Of a stretch of 64,000 bases of DNA, positions 26,158-37,799 are shown one piece after another. Below the pieces are notes generated by a model. The model did no database searches. It was given only the letters and a program-made list of their open reading frames with translations, and was not told the DNA's origin. Origin of the DNA: Octopus sinensis (taxonomy: Eukaryota); the NCBI RefSeq assembly GCF_006345805.1, contig NC_043010.1, positions 23,684,001 through 23,748,000 on the forward strand. The letters are read 5' to 3'. Made by a program: the position numbers and the translations under genes. Each line of letters starts with the position of its first letter. Position 1 is the stretch's first letter.

Positions 26158-26205
<48 letters not shown>

Positions 26206-26229
26206 TAATAATAATAATAATAATAAAAC

Positions 26230-26502
26230 GATTTAAAGTGGGAAATACGAAAGTTGGTGATCAATGAAGAGAGTAGACGTGATACCAATAGTGATTGGTG
26301 CACTTGGAAGTATCAGCATTCACCTACCACCATGGGTGAAAAAGATTGTTGCAAGTGTGAAGGTAGAACACCTACAAAAATTAGAATTGCTTGGGACTGC
26401 AAGAATTCTTCGCAGGATTCTTGAATCATGACCAGTAAACAAGTGTCACCTTAACCTGGTGGCTGTGGACAGCCGACGCTTTCCATCATACCCAGCAAAA
26501 TA
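26230..26502 (+). mobile_element. 3' end of an R4/Dong-type element between (AAT)n and (ATC)n arrays
   Basis: ...KRVDVIPIVIGALGS...LQKLELLGTARILRRILES-stop matches the REL C-terminus seen at 1900-2093. Confidence 0.75.
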
Positions 26503-26536
26503 TCATCATCATCATCATCATCATCATGATCATCAC

Positions 26537-26591
<55 letters not shown>

Positions 26592-26619
26592 TTCATCAAA
26601 ATCACTTAACTAATGAAGC

Positions 26620-27170
26620 CAGTCGTTGAGATGCCTCTCTAGGTGCTTTCATAGTAACAACACGATGTTAAACGACGAGAGACTGAATGAAGTGGACAGC
26701 TTCGAATACCTAAGATCCTCTTTGACCAAGGGCGACAGATCTAAAAAGGAGATAACAACAAGTCTCAGTTTAGCCTCTGCTGCCCTGACGAACCTGAACA
26801 ACAAATGGAAAAGAAATTCCATTTGTTTTTCATCAAGACTCAGAGTGTACAAGAGCCTGGTGACTTCGATCCTTCTGTATACATTCTTACAGCTGACACG
26901 GAGCAAAGAATCCATTCATTTGAAAACAAATGCTTCAGAAGGTTATTACACATCGCGTACACAGAGCACAAAACGAGCAGCTTTGTCAAGCAGCAAGTCA
27001 ACAAATACGCTAGCAGACAGGAACCCCTCCTTGCGCAGGTAAAAAATGGAAAGCTTGTCTGGTACGGTTATGTATCTCACCATAACCTCCAGTCCAAAAC
27101 GATTCTTCGGGGTAGAGCTGAGGGAAGGTGAAAGATAGGCAGCCAGGGACAATCCTGATTTGACAACATA
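26620..27170 (+). mobile_element. RTE-clade LINE fragment (post-RT region)
   Basis: LNEVDSFEYL..., RLRVYKSLVTSILLY and FENKCFRRLLHIAYTEHKT across frameshifts. Confidence 0.75.
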
Positions 27171-27452
27171 GTTTTATACTTTTCTGTAATTACGCAACTG
27201 TTGACTGAAACATGTAAAAGATAAGAGATAATCGTACATTCACTATTTTCATTCCAGGTATGCACTTCATCACGTGCTCTCTATTTCTGTCGTTGTTCGG
27301 ATAAAAATTTCGGGAGACTAGGTGAAATTACTCTACTTCAATCATGTTGGTGTCACCACTTTGAGGACCTAGGAAGGCAGCGAGCTGGCAGAAACGTTAG
27401 TACGCCGGGCGAAATGCTTAGCGGCATTTCATCTGTCTTTGTATTCTGAGTC

Positions 27453-27811
27453 CTGAGAGAGGAGCCCCGAAGAAACGCTACAAAGACTGCCTCAAAAAGT
27501 CTCTCACCGCATGTGATGTCGACCACCAATGCTGGACAAACCTGGCTGCGACCGTGATGCCTGGCGTCACACGATCTTCAACGCGGTCAACAAGTTTAAA
27601 GAACACAGAAAAGACGCGCATAAAGACAAGAGACGCAGGAGGAAGGCCTGAGCCTCCTCTGACACCACACCGGATGTTACCTTCGTCTGTGGACACTGCT
27701 CGCGGACCTTCCTTTCCCGCATCGGACTTGTCAGTCATGTGCGTACCAGCAGACGACGTGGACAACCTTCCTAATCTTCGTTCGCGAAGCCAAGCCATGA
27801 TGGTGATGATG
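27453..27811 (+). mobile_element. RTE 3' fragment inserted into a family A SINE (SINE spans 27375-27960)
   Basis: RGAPKKRYKDCLKKSL...FVCGHCSRTxLSRIGLVSHVR terminal C2H2-like motif and (GAT)n tail; SINE head precedes it and SINE body follows it. Confidence 0.8.
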
Positions 27812-28330
27812 ACGTTCTGTGTTCAAATTCAGCCGAGGTCGACTTTGCCTTTTATCTTTTCGGGGTCGATAAATTAAGTACCAGTTGCGTACTGGAGTCG
27901 ATCTAATCGACTGCCCCCCCTCTCCAAACATTTCGGACCTTGTATCTAGAGTAGAAAAGAATAATAAGGACTTAGGGCCAAATATCTTCGATCGCAGATT
28001 GTATCTGACTCCTGTATATTTTCGACAGCCAGGGTAGACGGAAAAAAATCAATGTCAAACTCCGCGCCATTTTGAATTCAGAAGTACGAAATTAGCTCAA
28101 CCAAAATAGTTAGGAAAGAGACCTTTTTTTTCACAACTGCTACACCATTGTTTTATTTCTATCCTAATATTATTATTATTATTTTCCTTGGAAGTTACAT
28201 TCAGATAATTTATTCTTATCTCTTCCTAGCTATATTTTAGGATTTCTCTATCAGCACCATCACCATCATCAGCGTCATTATTATTACTATTATTATTATT
28301 ATGATTATTATGATTATGATTATGATTATG

Positions 28331-28372
<42 letters not shown>

Positions 28373-28903
28373 GTTGTTGTTGTTGCTATTACGTTTGTGT
28401 TGGTGTGTGTGTGGATGTGATATTTACATTTACAATAAATTTCGTAATTACTAAAAATTTCTCTCTAAAGAATTGTTTTGTTTCTTAATATAGCTATTAA
28501 ACGTTACCACCTCTATTCTTCTAATGACCCCCATTTCCAGCAAAAAATCGAAGACATTTGCAATATTTCAAATGATAAAGGTCACTTAGCGAGAAAATTC
28601 TCACGAGATTAGTTTAAATAAATCACTAGTTTTTCTTTATTGCTTCATTTCATTGGTACAGAACCACTAAATAACTTCTCTGCCGATTAATGAACTATAA
28701 TGGCGGATGGTTTTTATCACAATTACACAAGGTAGTACGTTTGCGCATGCGCAACAAAATATGTTGAGAATAACGTTGGGAGAAAAAAGAAAACTACAAG
28801 TACAAGCAACTATCCGTTCAATCGTAAAACTCTTCTCAAAACTAAAAACTATTCTATTATTGTAGCATCATGTATATATATGTGTATATATGCATGTATG
28901 TCC

Positions 28904-28947
<44 letters not shown>

Positions 28948-29216
28948 TTGTTGTATCTGCATACATGAAAAAAAAATTATTATACAAATTATTTTGAACC
29001 ACTCAGGAGTTATTATGGAGTTATTGATAGAAATGATAGTTATATATATATATCTGTGTGTATGTGTGTGTCTCTGTGTGTGTGTACAAGTTATATATAT
29101 ATATATGTACAAGTTATATATATATATAGTTATTATATATATATATATGTACAAGTTATATATATATATATAGTTATATATATATATCTGTGTGTATGTG
29201 TGTGTCTCTGTGTGTG

Positions 29217-29456
29217 TGTACAAGGGGTTGCTGAAAAGTATCTGGCTTTAAGAGTGTCGCGAAAGGTCCAACTTTCCGAGAAAAACTGTATATATATATA
29301 TATTATATATATATTATATATATATTATATATATATATATATAGTTATATATATATATCTGTGTGTATGTGTGTGTCTCTGTGTGTGTGTACAAGGGGTT
29401 GCTGAAAAGTATCTGGCTTTAAGAGTGTCGCGAAAGGTCCAACTTTCCGAGAAAAA

Positions 29457-29460
<4 letters not shown>
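29217..29460 (+). mobile_element. Two tandem copies of a mariner-like terminus embedded in microsatellite
   Basis: TACAAGGGGTTGCTGAAAAGT... at about 29219 and 29389, each followed by (TA)n. Confidence 0.55.
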
Positions 29461-29503
<43 letters not shown>

Positions 29504-29764
29504 TGTGTGTGTGTTGGAAACATCATGTAACATCGTGCAAAAATCGTTAGTGTTGCATTATTTGTTCCGACAACTTTATCTTTCATCCATTCGGGATCGA
29601 TTTAACAAAGTACCAGTCAAGTACTGGGGTCGATGGTATCTAGTAACCACCTCCTTCAATATTACTAACCTTGAGTCTAAATCAGAATCCACTATTTAGG
29701 GCGATTAATTAACAGAATCCTTCGAACATCGAAGACAATACTTGACATCGAATACAACTATTAA

Positions 29765-30035
29765 CATTATTTACATTTGACGGATATATGTTCTCATCTT
29801 GTTTGTTGTTAACACAATACTTCGACTGATATAGCCTCCAGCCTTCATCATGTGTCTTGGGGAAATTTCGAACTTGGATTCTCATTCCTAAGGTTCGAAA
29901 TTTCCCCAAAGACACCTGATGAAGTCTGGAGAGTATATCACCCGAAACATTGTGTTAACAACAAACAAGATGAGGGCTAATATCCGTCATATGTAAATAA
30001 TGTACATAATTCCTCATCTCTTAAATATAGAACTG
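29765..30035. mobile_element. Head-to-head pair of hammerhead-bearing repeat tails (same family as 42301-42474)
   Basis: GGGGAAATTTCGAAC...GTTCGAAATTTCCCC symmetry; plus arm has ACAC-CTGATGA...GAAACATT-GTGT at 29912-29955 and ends TATAGAACTG. Confidence 0.8.
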
Positions 30036-31559
30036 TAATACCTGATGGTGTTTTCTATCGACTCTTTGCAGAGTTCAAATCACTTTGAGGTCAACTTCCC
30101 AGATCATCCTTCTGGGGTCGATAAAATAAAGTGTCAACCGAGAATATTCGCAAAATGGAATTTCCAGGAAACTGATAAGTTATAAATGTCGAATACAGGA
30201 GAATTTGTACAGCGTCGTAATTTATTCTGAGTTCTGATCCCTCCAGTATAAAACTAGCTAAAGATTTACTAGGGCGTTAATCCAATGGAATTTACTATCG
30301 TCGGTTGGCAGATAGGCATTTGTTACTTCGGTGCCAGTTATAATTCAACGCCGCAAATGCTTTCGATGGCGAGATAGATAAGAAGGCAGGCAAAACGATA
30401 AAATGCCTTCCTGAATTCAGAGTTTCCTAGCTTCCGTTCCATCTTTGATTTTGACTTCAAAGCTGCCTTGGAAGCAACAACAACGTACTTGGAATTGATA
30501 AAATAATTACAAAGTGATATATCGAGGTCAATTCAATCAACTAAACTTGCTCTACCGCCTCAGAATAAATAAATAAATATCGTTATTATTATAACCATCA
30601 CTAATATCACTTATATTTATTATGACTCTCCTACTTAGGCAGCGTGTTCCAACGTATAATAAGATGAAACTTCATGTCTTCACTACTGCCAATTACTTTA
30701 TTATCTTCCTCGTGGCAACACACTTGAATTGAACACTTGACGAGTATTATACTTAATCAAATCTGTTTTTTCAAGAATATTTCTGTAAGAGATTTACTCT
30801 CGCTTCTTTTGGCCTCTCGAGTATTTCATTATTCAACTTCATAATTACATAGAAGGCACTTATTTGGCTCGGCTCCAGTTTCTTTAATGCAGTAAAAAGG
30901 ATTTTTTTTTTCATTTTTGTTAACCCTTATCTTAGAAAACATGACGAAGTAAAATATTCATTCAACAAATAAAAATAAATAAATACCTATATATAAATAA
31001 ATAAATAATATTGAAATCTTTCAGGAGCATTATGAACTGGTAAAACAGGAAATCAGTAAGGAAAATCGATCAGATAAATATTTAATTCAATCATGTATCA
31101 AATACAGCAACGTTGTGCAATATGGATATGATGCGGTACAGACAGTTTTACTGTAGCTTCGTCCTGGGTCATGTTTAACGAACAAGATCTCTAATTAAAG
31201 GTCATGGTTGAAACTATGATCATTCCATATATTCATATCATTTATTGTTTATCCAGGATCACATTTTTTCAATGTGGTGTTTCGTCATAAGTCGTAAGAA
31301 TGTGATTTAACCTTTTAACATACACATTTTATTTCCAATTTCCATGCAGAAAAGATATTTCTTATTTTTTATTTGTTGTATCTGCATACATGAAAAAAAA
31401 ATTATTATACAAATTATTTTGAACCACTCAGGAGTTATTATGGAGTTATTGATAGAAATGATAGTTGCTGGTTGTCAATAAGAGAAAACGGGAATAACAT
31501 CATGGACGAAGTATTTCGGGTCAGAAATAAGGGTCAAATACCTCGGAGTATAGTGAGTA

Positions 31560-31965
31560 CTCTTTTTACTCTTTTACTTGTTTCAGTCATTTGACTGCGG
31601 CCATGCTGGAGCACCGCCTTTAATCGAGCAACTCGACCCCGGGACTTATTCTTTTGTAAGCCCAGTACTTACTCTATCGGTCTCTTTTGCCGAACCGCTA
31701 TGTAACGGGGACATAAACACACCAGCATCGGTTGTCAAGCAATGCTAGGGGGACAGACACACAAACACACACACATACATATATATATATACATATATAC
31801 GACAGGCTTCTTTCAGTTTCCGTCTACCAAATCCACTCACAAGGCATTGGTCGGCCCGGGGCTATAGCAGAAGACACTTGCCCAAGATGCCACGCAGTGG
31901 GACTGAACCCAGAACCATGTGGTTGGTTAGCAAGCTACTTACCACACAGCCACTCCTGCGCCTAT
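31560..31965 (-). mobile_element. SINE family B
   Basis: Near-complete reverse-complement copy. Confidence 0.85.
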
Positions 31966-31986
31966 GTATATTTTCCTTCAAATATA

Positions 31987-32535
31987 TTGGGTTGTCCGAT
32001 TTAGAGTAGCTTACCTTTCGACTTATTTTAGAACATGGTTGAGTCTAAAAATAGGATTTGACTATGCCTTCATTAAGAGCACAGTGTAAGCTATCTTTTT
32101 GTAGAAGAAGGTTTATGTTCCTATAACCTGTTAATTCTGTAACCCTTTAAAATGGAAGATAAGAAAGTTCATTTCGGCATTTGATGCTTTGGGAACCAGA
32201 CAAAAATTGCTGCAGCTCGGCTGGGATGTGTTACCTCACCCTCCATATTTACTAGATATTGTTCCTTCGGATTTCCACTTATTCGGGTCTCTGCAGAATA
32301 GTCTTAATGGTAAACATTTCAATTCCTTGGACGATGTAAAAAGATACCGTGATGAATTCTTTACCATGAAATCACCTCAATTCTGGGAAGAGGGTGTTTT
32401 CAAGTTAAAGGAGAGATGGAGGCGCATTGTGCAACAGAATGGTTCATATTTGGTTGATTAAAAATGTAATGGCAAGTATTTATTGACCTTTTTCTTTCCT
32501 TTAAAAATCGGCACGAACTTTCCGGACAACCCAAC
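31987..32535 (+). mobile_element. Internally deleted mariner element
   Basis: TA|TTGGGTTGTCCG ... CGGACAACCCAA TIRs; MEDKKVH N-terminus joined to WDVLPHPPY..DIVPSDFHLF C-terminus. Confidence 0.88.
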
Positions 32536-32624
32536 ATATATACTAGACATCTCTGAACGAAAATATACGGAATAATATGTTAAGAGGTTTAGACAGGTGG
32601 TTGCTGCATCATTAATTTTATTAT

Positions 32625-33020
32625 TAATTTTTTTGTTTGTTTCAGTCATTAAATTGTGGCCATGCTGGGACACAGCCTTGAAGGATTTTGAGGGAACTTA
32701 CGGAGCCCAGGATGCGTTCTTTTCTTTTAAGCTGGTGTTTATCGTATCGATCATTTTGGCTAAACTGCTAAGTATCGGGACGTAACCTCATCAACACCGG
32801 TCTTCTGGCGGGGGTGGAGAAAAAACACAGACACAAAGACACACACGCTCACACACACACACACACATGTATATACATGCGACAGGCTTCTTCACAATGC
32901 TTTAGTCGAGCCGAGGCTATAGTAGCAGATACTTGACCAAGGTGCCATACAGCGGGACTGAATCCAGAACCATGGGATTGGGAAGCAAGCTCCTTACCAC
33001 AAAGCCACAACTACACCTAA
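32625..33020 (-). mobile_element. Degenerate SINE family B
   Basis: TTTCAGTCATT...GGCCATGCTGG tail and GCTATAGTAGCAGATACTTGACCAAGG. Confidence 0.7.
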
Positions 33021-33755
33021 CCATAACATCTATACTATACATCTATAAGTTCAAAACATTTAGTAGAGATAATTTCAACGATTAGATTATATATGTGTTG
33101 TCGTTACACTTCGGTGCCAATTCAGCGTTTATCCAGCAGATATTCTATCCATGACCATCTCGACTTTAATCAAACATAATGAATCCAAGACTCATACTAT
33201 GCAACAAATATCGCAATTTTTCAAACCACGTCAGTGCGAGATTTCAAGGAGATTTTGTTTGCTTTATATTTTTCTCGTAGATCTGGTTAACTACCTATAA
33301 CTCCCTCTAACGGCCTTCTTCATAAGTGACATAAACTCGCGTGATTAGGAAAATTCTTACACTTGATATGTGAGAAGCCTTTTCTTTTCTTCTTTTTTTT
33401 TGTCTTGGGAGTGGTGGTGGGCTTATTTCAAGACAAACATAATTTTCTATCAGCGCCTGCAAATATGGAGGTGTCTCCAGATATATATCTTGCATTGCCG
33501 TCATTCTATAATTATATATTAATCGTTGGTTAGTGTGGTAGAACGAAGGAGAGCGTAGTATACCTACCAACTACTATTAACATCGTTGTCTTGTCCAACT
33601 CTGTGAAAAGCAACAGTTCGGAGGAGCATCACACCTCAGTCTCCTCGTGTTTCTTTCAACACGTTATATTCGCTCAAACAAAACATACAAAGTGCTTTCG
33701 ACTTGTACAGATCAGGTATGTCGTCACCCCCACCCCCACCACCATCACCACCACC

Positions 33756-33817
<62 letters not shown>

Positions 33818-34114
33818 ATACTTGGACATGGCTTTTCATTTCACACTTCACGAGTCTGCTGAACTGAAAGTGATCGCCTGTTTTGTATCGATACAATTCC
33901 TATTCTCCTTCCAGCTGTTGCATCCTCTTTATCTTTATTCATGTAAATCAACGGCCGCGGTGGGGGTACAAGAGGTTGTAGGTACGTATATGTGTGTATG
34001 TGTGTGTGTGTGAGTACTTGTGACCATAAAAGGAGCCAAAACTATCAGCGAAAGCATGGGGCGTGCTACCATCCTTGTACTATAGTTCCACTTGTTAGTA
34101 TTTCATGGATTGAA

Positions 34115-34420
34115 GGTGCGTAGCTTAGTGTTTAGGGCATTCGGCTCCCGATCGTAAGGTCCAGAGTTCAATTTCCGGCGGCGTGTTGTGTCCTTGAGCA
34201 AGACACTATATTACCCGTTGCTTCAGTCCACTCAGCTGGCAAAAATGAGTTGTACCTGTATTTCAAAGGGCCAGCCTCGTCATACTCTGTGTCACGCTGA
34301 ATCTCGCTGAGAACTACGTGTCTGTGAAGTGCTCAGCCACCTGTACGTTAATTTAACCAGCAAGCCGTTCCGTTGATCGTGTTAGCTGGGCCCCTCGTCG
34401 TCGTAACCGACGGAGTGCTC
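34115..34420 (+). mobile_element. tRNA-derived SINE, family C (GTGTCCTTGAGCAAGACACT domain)
   Basis: A/B-box head; colinear with 62167-62480. Confidence 0.82.
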
Positions 34421-34519
34421 CTATTTAATGGATTGATCAGAGAAAGGTATTGATCTATGTTATATTATTTTGATTCCATTCCTGCTGTCCGATATGATTT
34501 CTGCGGTAGACAAGGGAGC

Positions 34520-34843
34520 AGAAATGAATGTTAGACAAAGTCAAAAACAAAGTTTGCGCTGGCATGCGGTTCAGAAATTTGTTTCGCAACCACGTGATCT
34601 CGGGTTTAGTTTCAATGCGTGGAATATAGGAGACGTGAGTCATCACCTATATGCTACGAAGCTGTTTATGTTTTGTTAGATGAATTTGGTGGCCGGATTG
34701 TCAAAAGACTCCATACTGTGGCACCTGTTCTTTCTGCCAATCAGCACAAGTGTGCATTATGCAATAAAATGAGCAAATCTTTGCCGGGGCTCAAGAGTCA
34801 TACAAGGGATTCACATTGCATCAACAGTGACACATTTCAGTGA
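34520..34843 (+). pseudogene. Probable RTE LINE 3' remnant with terminal C2H2 motif
   Basis: HKCALCNKMSKSLPGLKSHTRDSH is C-x2-C-x12-H-x4-H; upstream LRWHAVQKFV...RDLGFSFNAW loosely resembles RTE C-termini. Confidence 0.45.
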
Positions 34844-34870
34844 TTCTTTCTAGCAATATATATAAAAGAG

Positions 34871-35571
34871 AAAGGCGGTGAGCTGGCAGAATCGTTAACA
34901 CGCCGGGCGAAATGCTTAGCGGTATTTCGTCTGCCGCTACGTTCTGAATTCAAATTCCGCCGAGGTCGACTTTGCCTTTCATCCTTTTCGGGGTCGATTA
35001 AATAAGTACCTGTTACGAACTGGGGCCGATGTAATCGACTTAATCCCGTTGTCTGTCTTTAATGCAGTAAAAAGGATTTTTTTTTTTCATTTTTGTTAAC
35101 CTTTATCTTAGAAAACATGTTTAACACCCTGGGAGCAATAAAGAAATATATATATATTAGAGAGAAAGACAGCTATCTGGCAGAATCCTTAGTACACCGG
35201 GCTTAGCGGTATTTCGTCTGCCGCTATGTTCTGAGTTTAAATTTCGCCGAGGTCGACTTTGCCTTTCATCCTTTCGGGGTCGATTCAAAAAGGACCAGTC
35301 ACGCACTGGGGTCGATGTAATCGACTTAATCCGTTTGTCTGTTCTTGTTTGTCCCCTCTATGTTTAGTCCCTTGTGGGTAATAAAGAAACAGGTATTTCA
35401 TCTGCCGCTACGTACTGAGTTCAAATTCCGCCGAGGTCGACTTTGCCTTTCATCCTTTTCGGGGTCGATTAAATGAGTACCAGTTACTCACTGGGATCGA
35501 TGTATACGACTTAATCCCGTTGCCTGTCCTTGTTTATCCCCTCTCTGTTCAACCCCCTGCGGGCAATAAAG

Positions 35572-35575
<4 letters not shown>
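34871..35575 (+). mobile_element. Cluster of about three tandem SINE family A copies
   Basis: Repeated heads, bodies and AATAAAGAAA tails. Confidence 0.85.
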
Positions 35576-35635
<60 letters not shown>

Positions 35636-35636
<1 letters not shown>

Positions 35637-36400
35637 CTCTTATTATAAAAGGCAGATTTTATCTGCCTCCCTTTGTCAGTTATAGAAATCTACAATATAG
35701 GATTTCTTCAATTACAATTTACCTAGCATTTTTAAGAGTAGAATGCATCGGGTCATGCCAGGTCCAGTTTTTAAAATTTCAACCCCAATTAAGCAAAATT
35801 TACAGAAAACTCACATTGTGGTGTATGAGTCAAATGCTTCTCTTAATGTGAGCTACAGCACTCGCACACACACACACACACACACAAAAAGGGAGCGATC
35901 TCATTCACTCACGCTATCACTCATTTCTACGACTTTCTCTTTGCAAGTAAAGTGAAACTAATTCGATAAAACGAGAGAAGTGTACCTTAAACCACTACTA
36001 AAAAAAAAAACAGCAAACAGAAACAAATAAATACATAACGACTTACTCCTCACACAATTTCTTCAATTAGAGTGTACCCATGATTTTTCAGAGTACTTCC
36101 AGTGGGTGATGCCATAAAAAATTTCTTTCAATTTTACCACCAATTAAGACAAAATTCGAGAAAACTCAATATTTTAATATTTCACTCCGAAAGCATTGAT
36201 GTACATGTGTGCGTGCGTGAGTGTGTGTGTGTCATTCCTCACACACACGCATACACATACATATAGGAGAGTGGCAAACACAAACGTTTCAAACAACTAC
36301 ATACAAACACGTGTGTGTTTGTTATTAGTAAAAAAGGCGCCAAAACACAACTCACTTATCATTCCAACACATTTGCTATAACAATACAGAAAAGGTAAAT
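35636..36400 (+). mobile_element. Helitron-like non-autonomous element, 5' part
   Basis: Starts A|TCTCTTATTATAAAAGGC; assignment from the 5' signature only. Confidence 0.35.
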
Positions 36401-36540
36401 TGGTTTTTATTTTACTCTGTATATATTTTATTATATAATATTATATATAGATATATGTATATATAATTGCAGTATGAAACAGTGTTTATGTATAAACAGA
36501 CGACACTTATATATAGTTATTAATAAATGTATGCATCCGT

Positions 36541-36860
36541 TTAACCCTTTCGTTACCAAACCGCCCGAATTTACCTATTCATATTTAAATGAGAATATCA
36601 GAGTAAATCTCTTTAGTACATTCGTGAAAACACGTATTATACTTCGTAAAGAGTTCAACTACACTTTTGTACAAAAATCGAATTGTAATTTTAATTCCGT
36701 GAATTATGGGAGATTTTTTTCCGAAATTTGTTCCTATTGTGTTTTCAAAATTTGTAATTCTGACAAAAAATGGATACGAATTTCATTATATCAAGCAGCG
36801 AGTCAGAATTCGAAGGATTTTCTACTGAAGACCTTCATAAATCTAACTCTATGACTGAAA
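36541..36860 (+). mobile_element. piggyBac-like non-autonomous terminus
   Basis: TTAA|CCCTTTCGTTACC start; second TIR not found. Confidence 0.45.
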
Positions 36861-36869
36861 AAAAAAGCA

Positions 36870-37261
36870 TCTTTATATAAGAGTGAAGTTGTGTGTCTGT
36901 CTCCTACGATTTAGATTCGTAACTACTCCCACATTTTGCGGTGCAGTTTAACCAAAAGCGTGTATCTTATAGTCGTGATTCATATCGAGCCCTTCTGGGT
37001 ATTAGCGCGCGTCTACGATGAGTCTACGATTTAAAAAAAATTTACCATCATATTTTTCCATTTTAATGCATTTTTTCGCTTTTATATAAGGGAAGTAACT
37101 CTCTAAAAATATCTACGATGTGTCAACGATTTAAAAAAAATTTACCTTAATTTTTTTCAATTTTGAATGCATTTTTTTCCTATTTTTTAGCTATAACTCT
37201 CTAAAAATGCTTATATAGTTATTTCCCTTACAACCCGAGCAACGCCGGGCGATACTGCTAG
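36870..37261 (+). mobile_element. Non-autonomous Helitron
   Basis: A|TC start; 3' hairpin CCCGAGCAACGCCGGG followed by CTAG|T. Confidence 0.75.
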
Positions 37262-37274
37262 TTATATATAAGAG

Positions 37275-37510
37275 AAAGGCAGCGAGCTGTCAGAATCCTG
37301 AGTACGCCGGGCGAAATTCTTAGCGATATTTCGTCTGCCGCTACGTACTGAGTTCAAATTTCGGCGACGCTGACTTAGCCTTTCATCCTTTTGGAATCGA
37401 TTAAATAAGTACCAGTTACGTACTGGGCCCCTTATGCAATCGACTGAATCCGCTTGTCTGTCCTTGTTTGTCCCCTCAATGTTTAACCCCTGGTTGGCAA
37501 TAAAGAAATA
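37275..37510 (+). mobile_element. SINE family A
   Basis: Full head, body and tail. Confidence 0.85.
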
Positions 37511-37799
37511 AATATATATAAAACAGAGAGTAAAATTGTATACGAATAAAAGAATAAAACAGCATGGATTTGGGTTTGTTCTTGCTATGCAAAATATATA
37601 TACATGTATAGAGAAAGAAAGCAAAGACTGAAAATTTTCACAGGATGAATATCCATGTGTAAATAAAAGAGATATTTATATACTAGCAGAGTACAAATGA
37701 CAGAGAAAATGAAAGGGGTTACAAATCCGAAAACTGTTTCTGGGGTTTCGGAGATCCATCATAATTGCTGGTAGATTTAGTTCACGAAAGTATGCAGCC

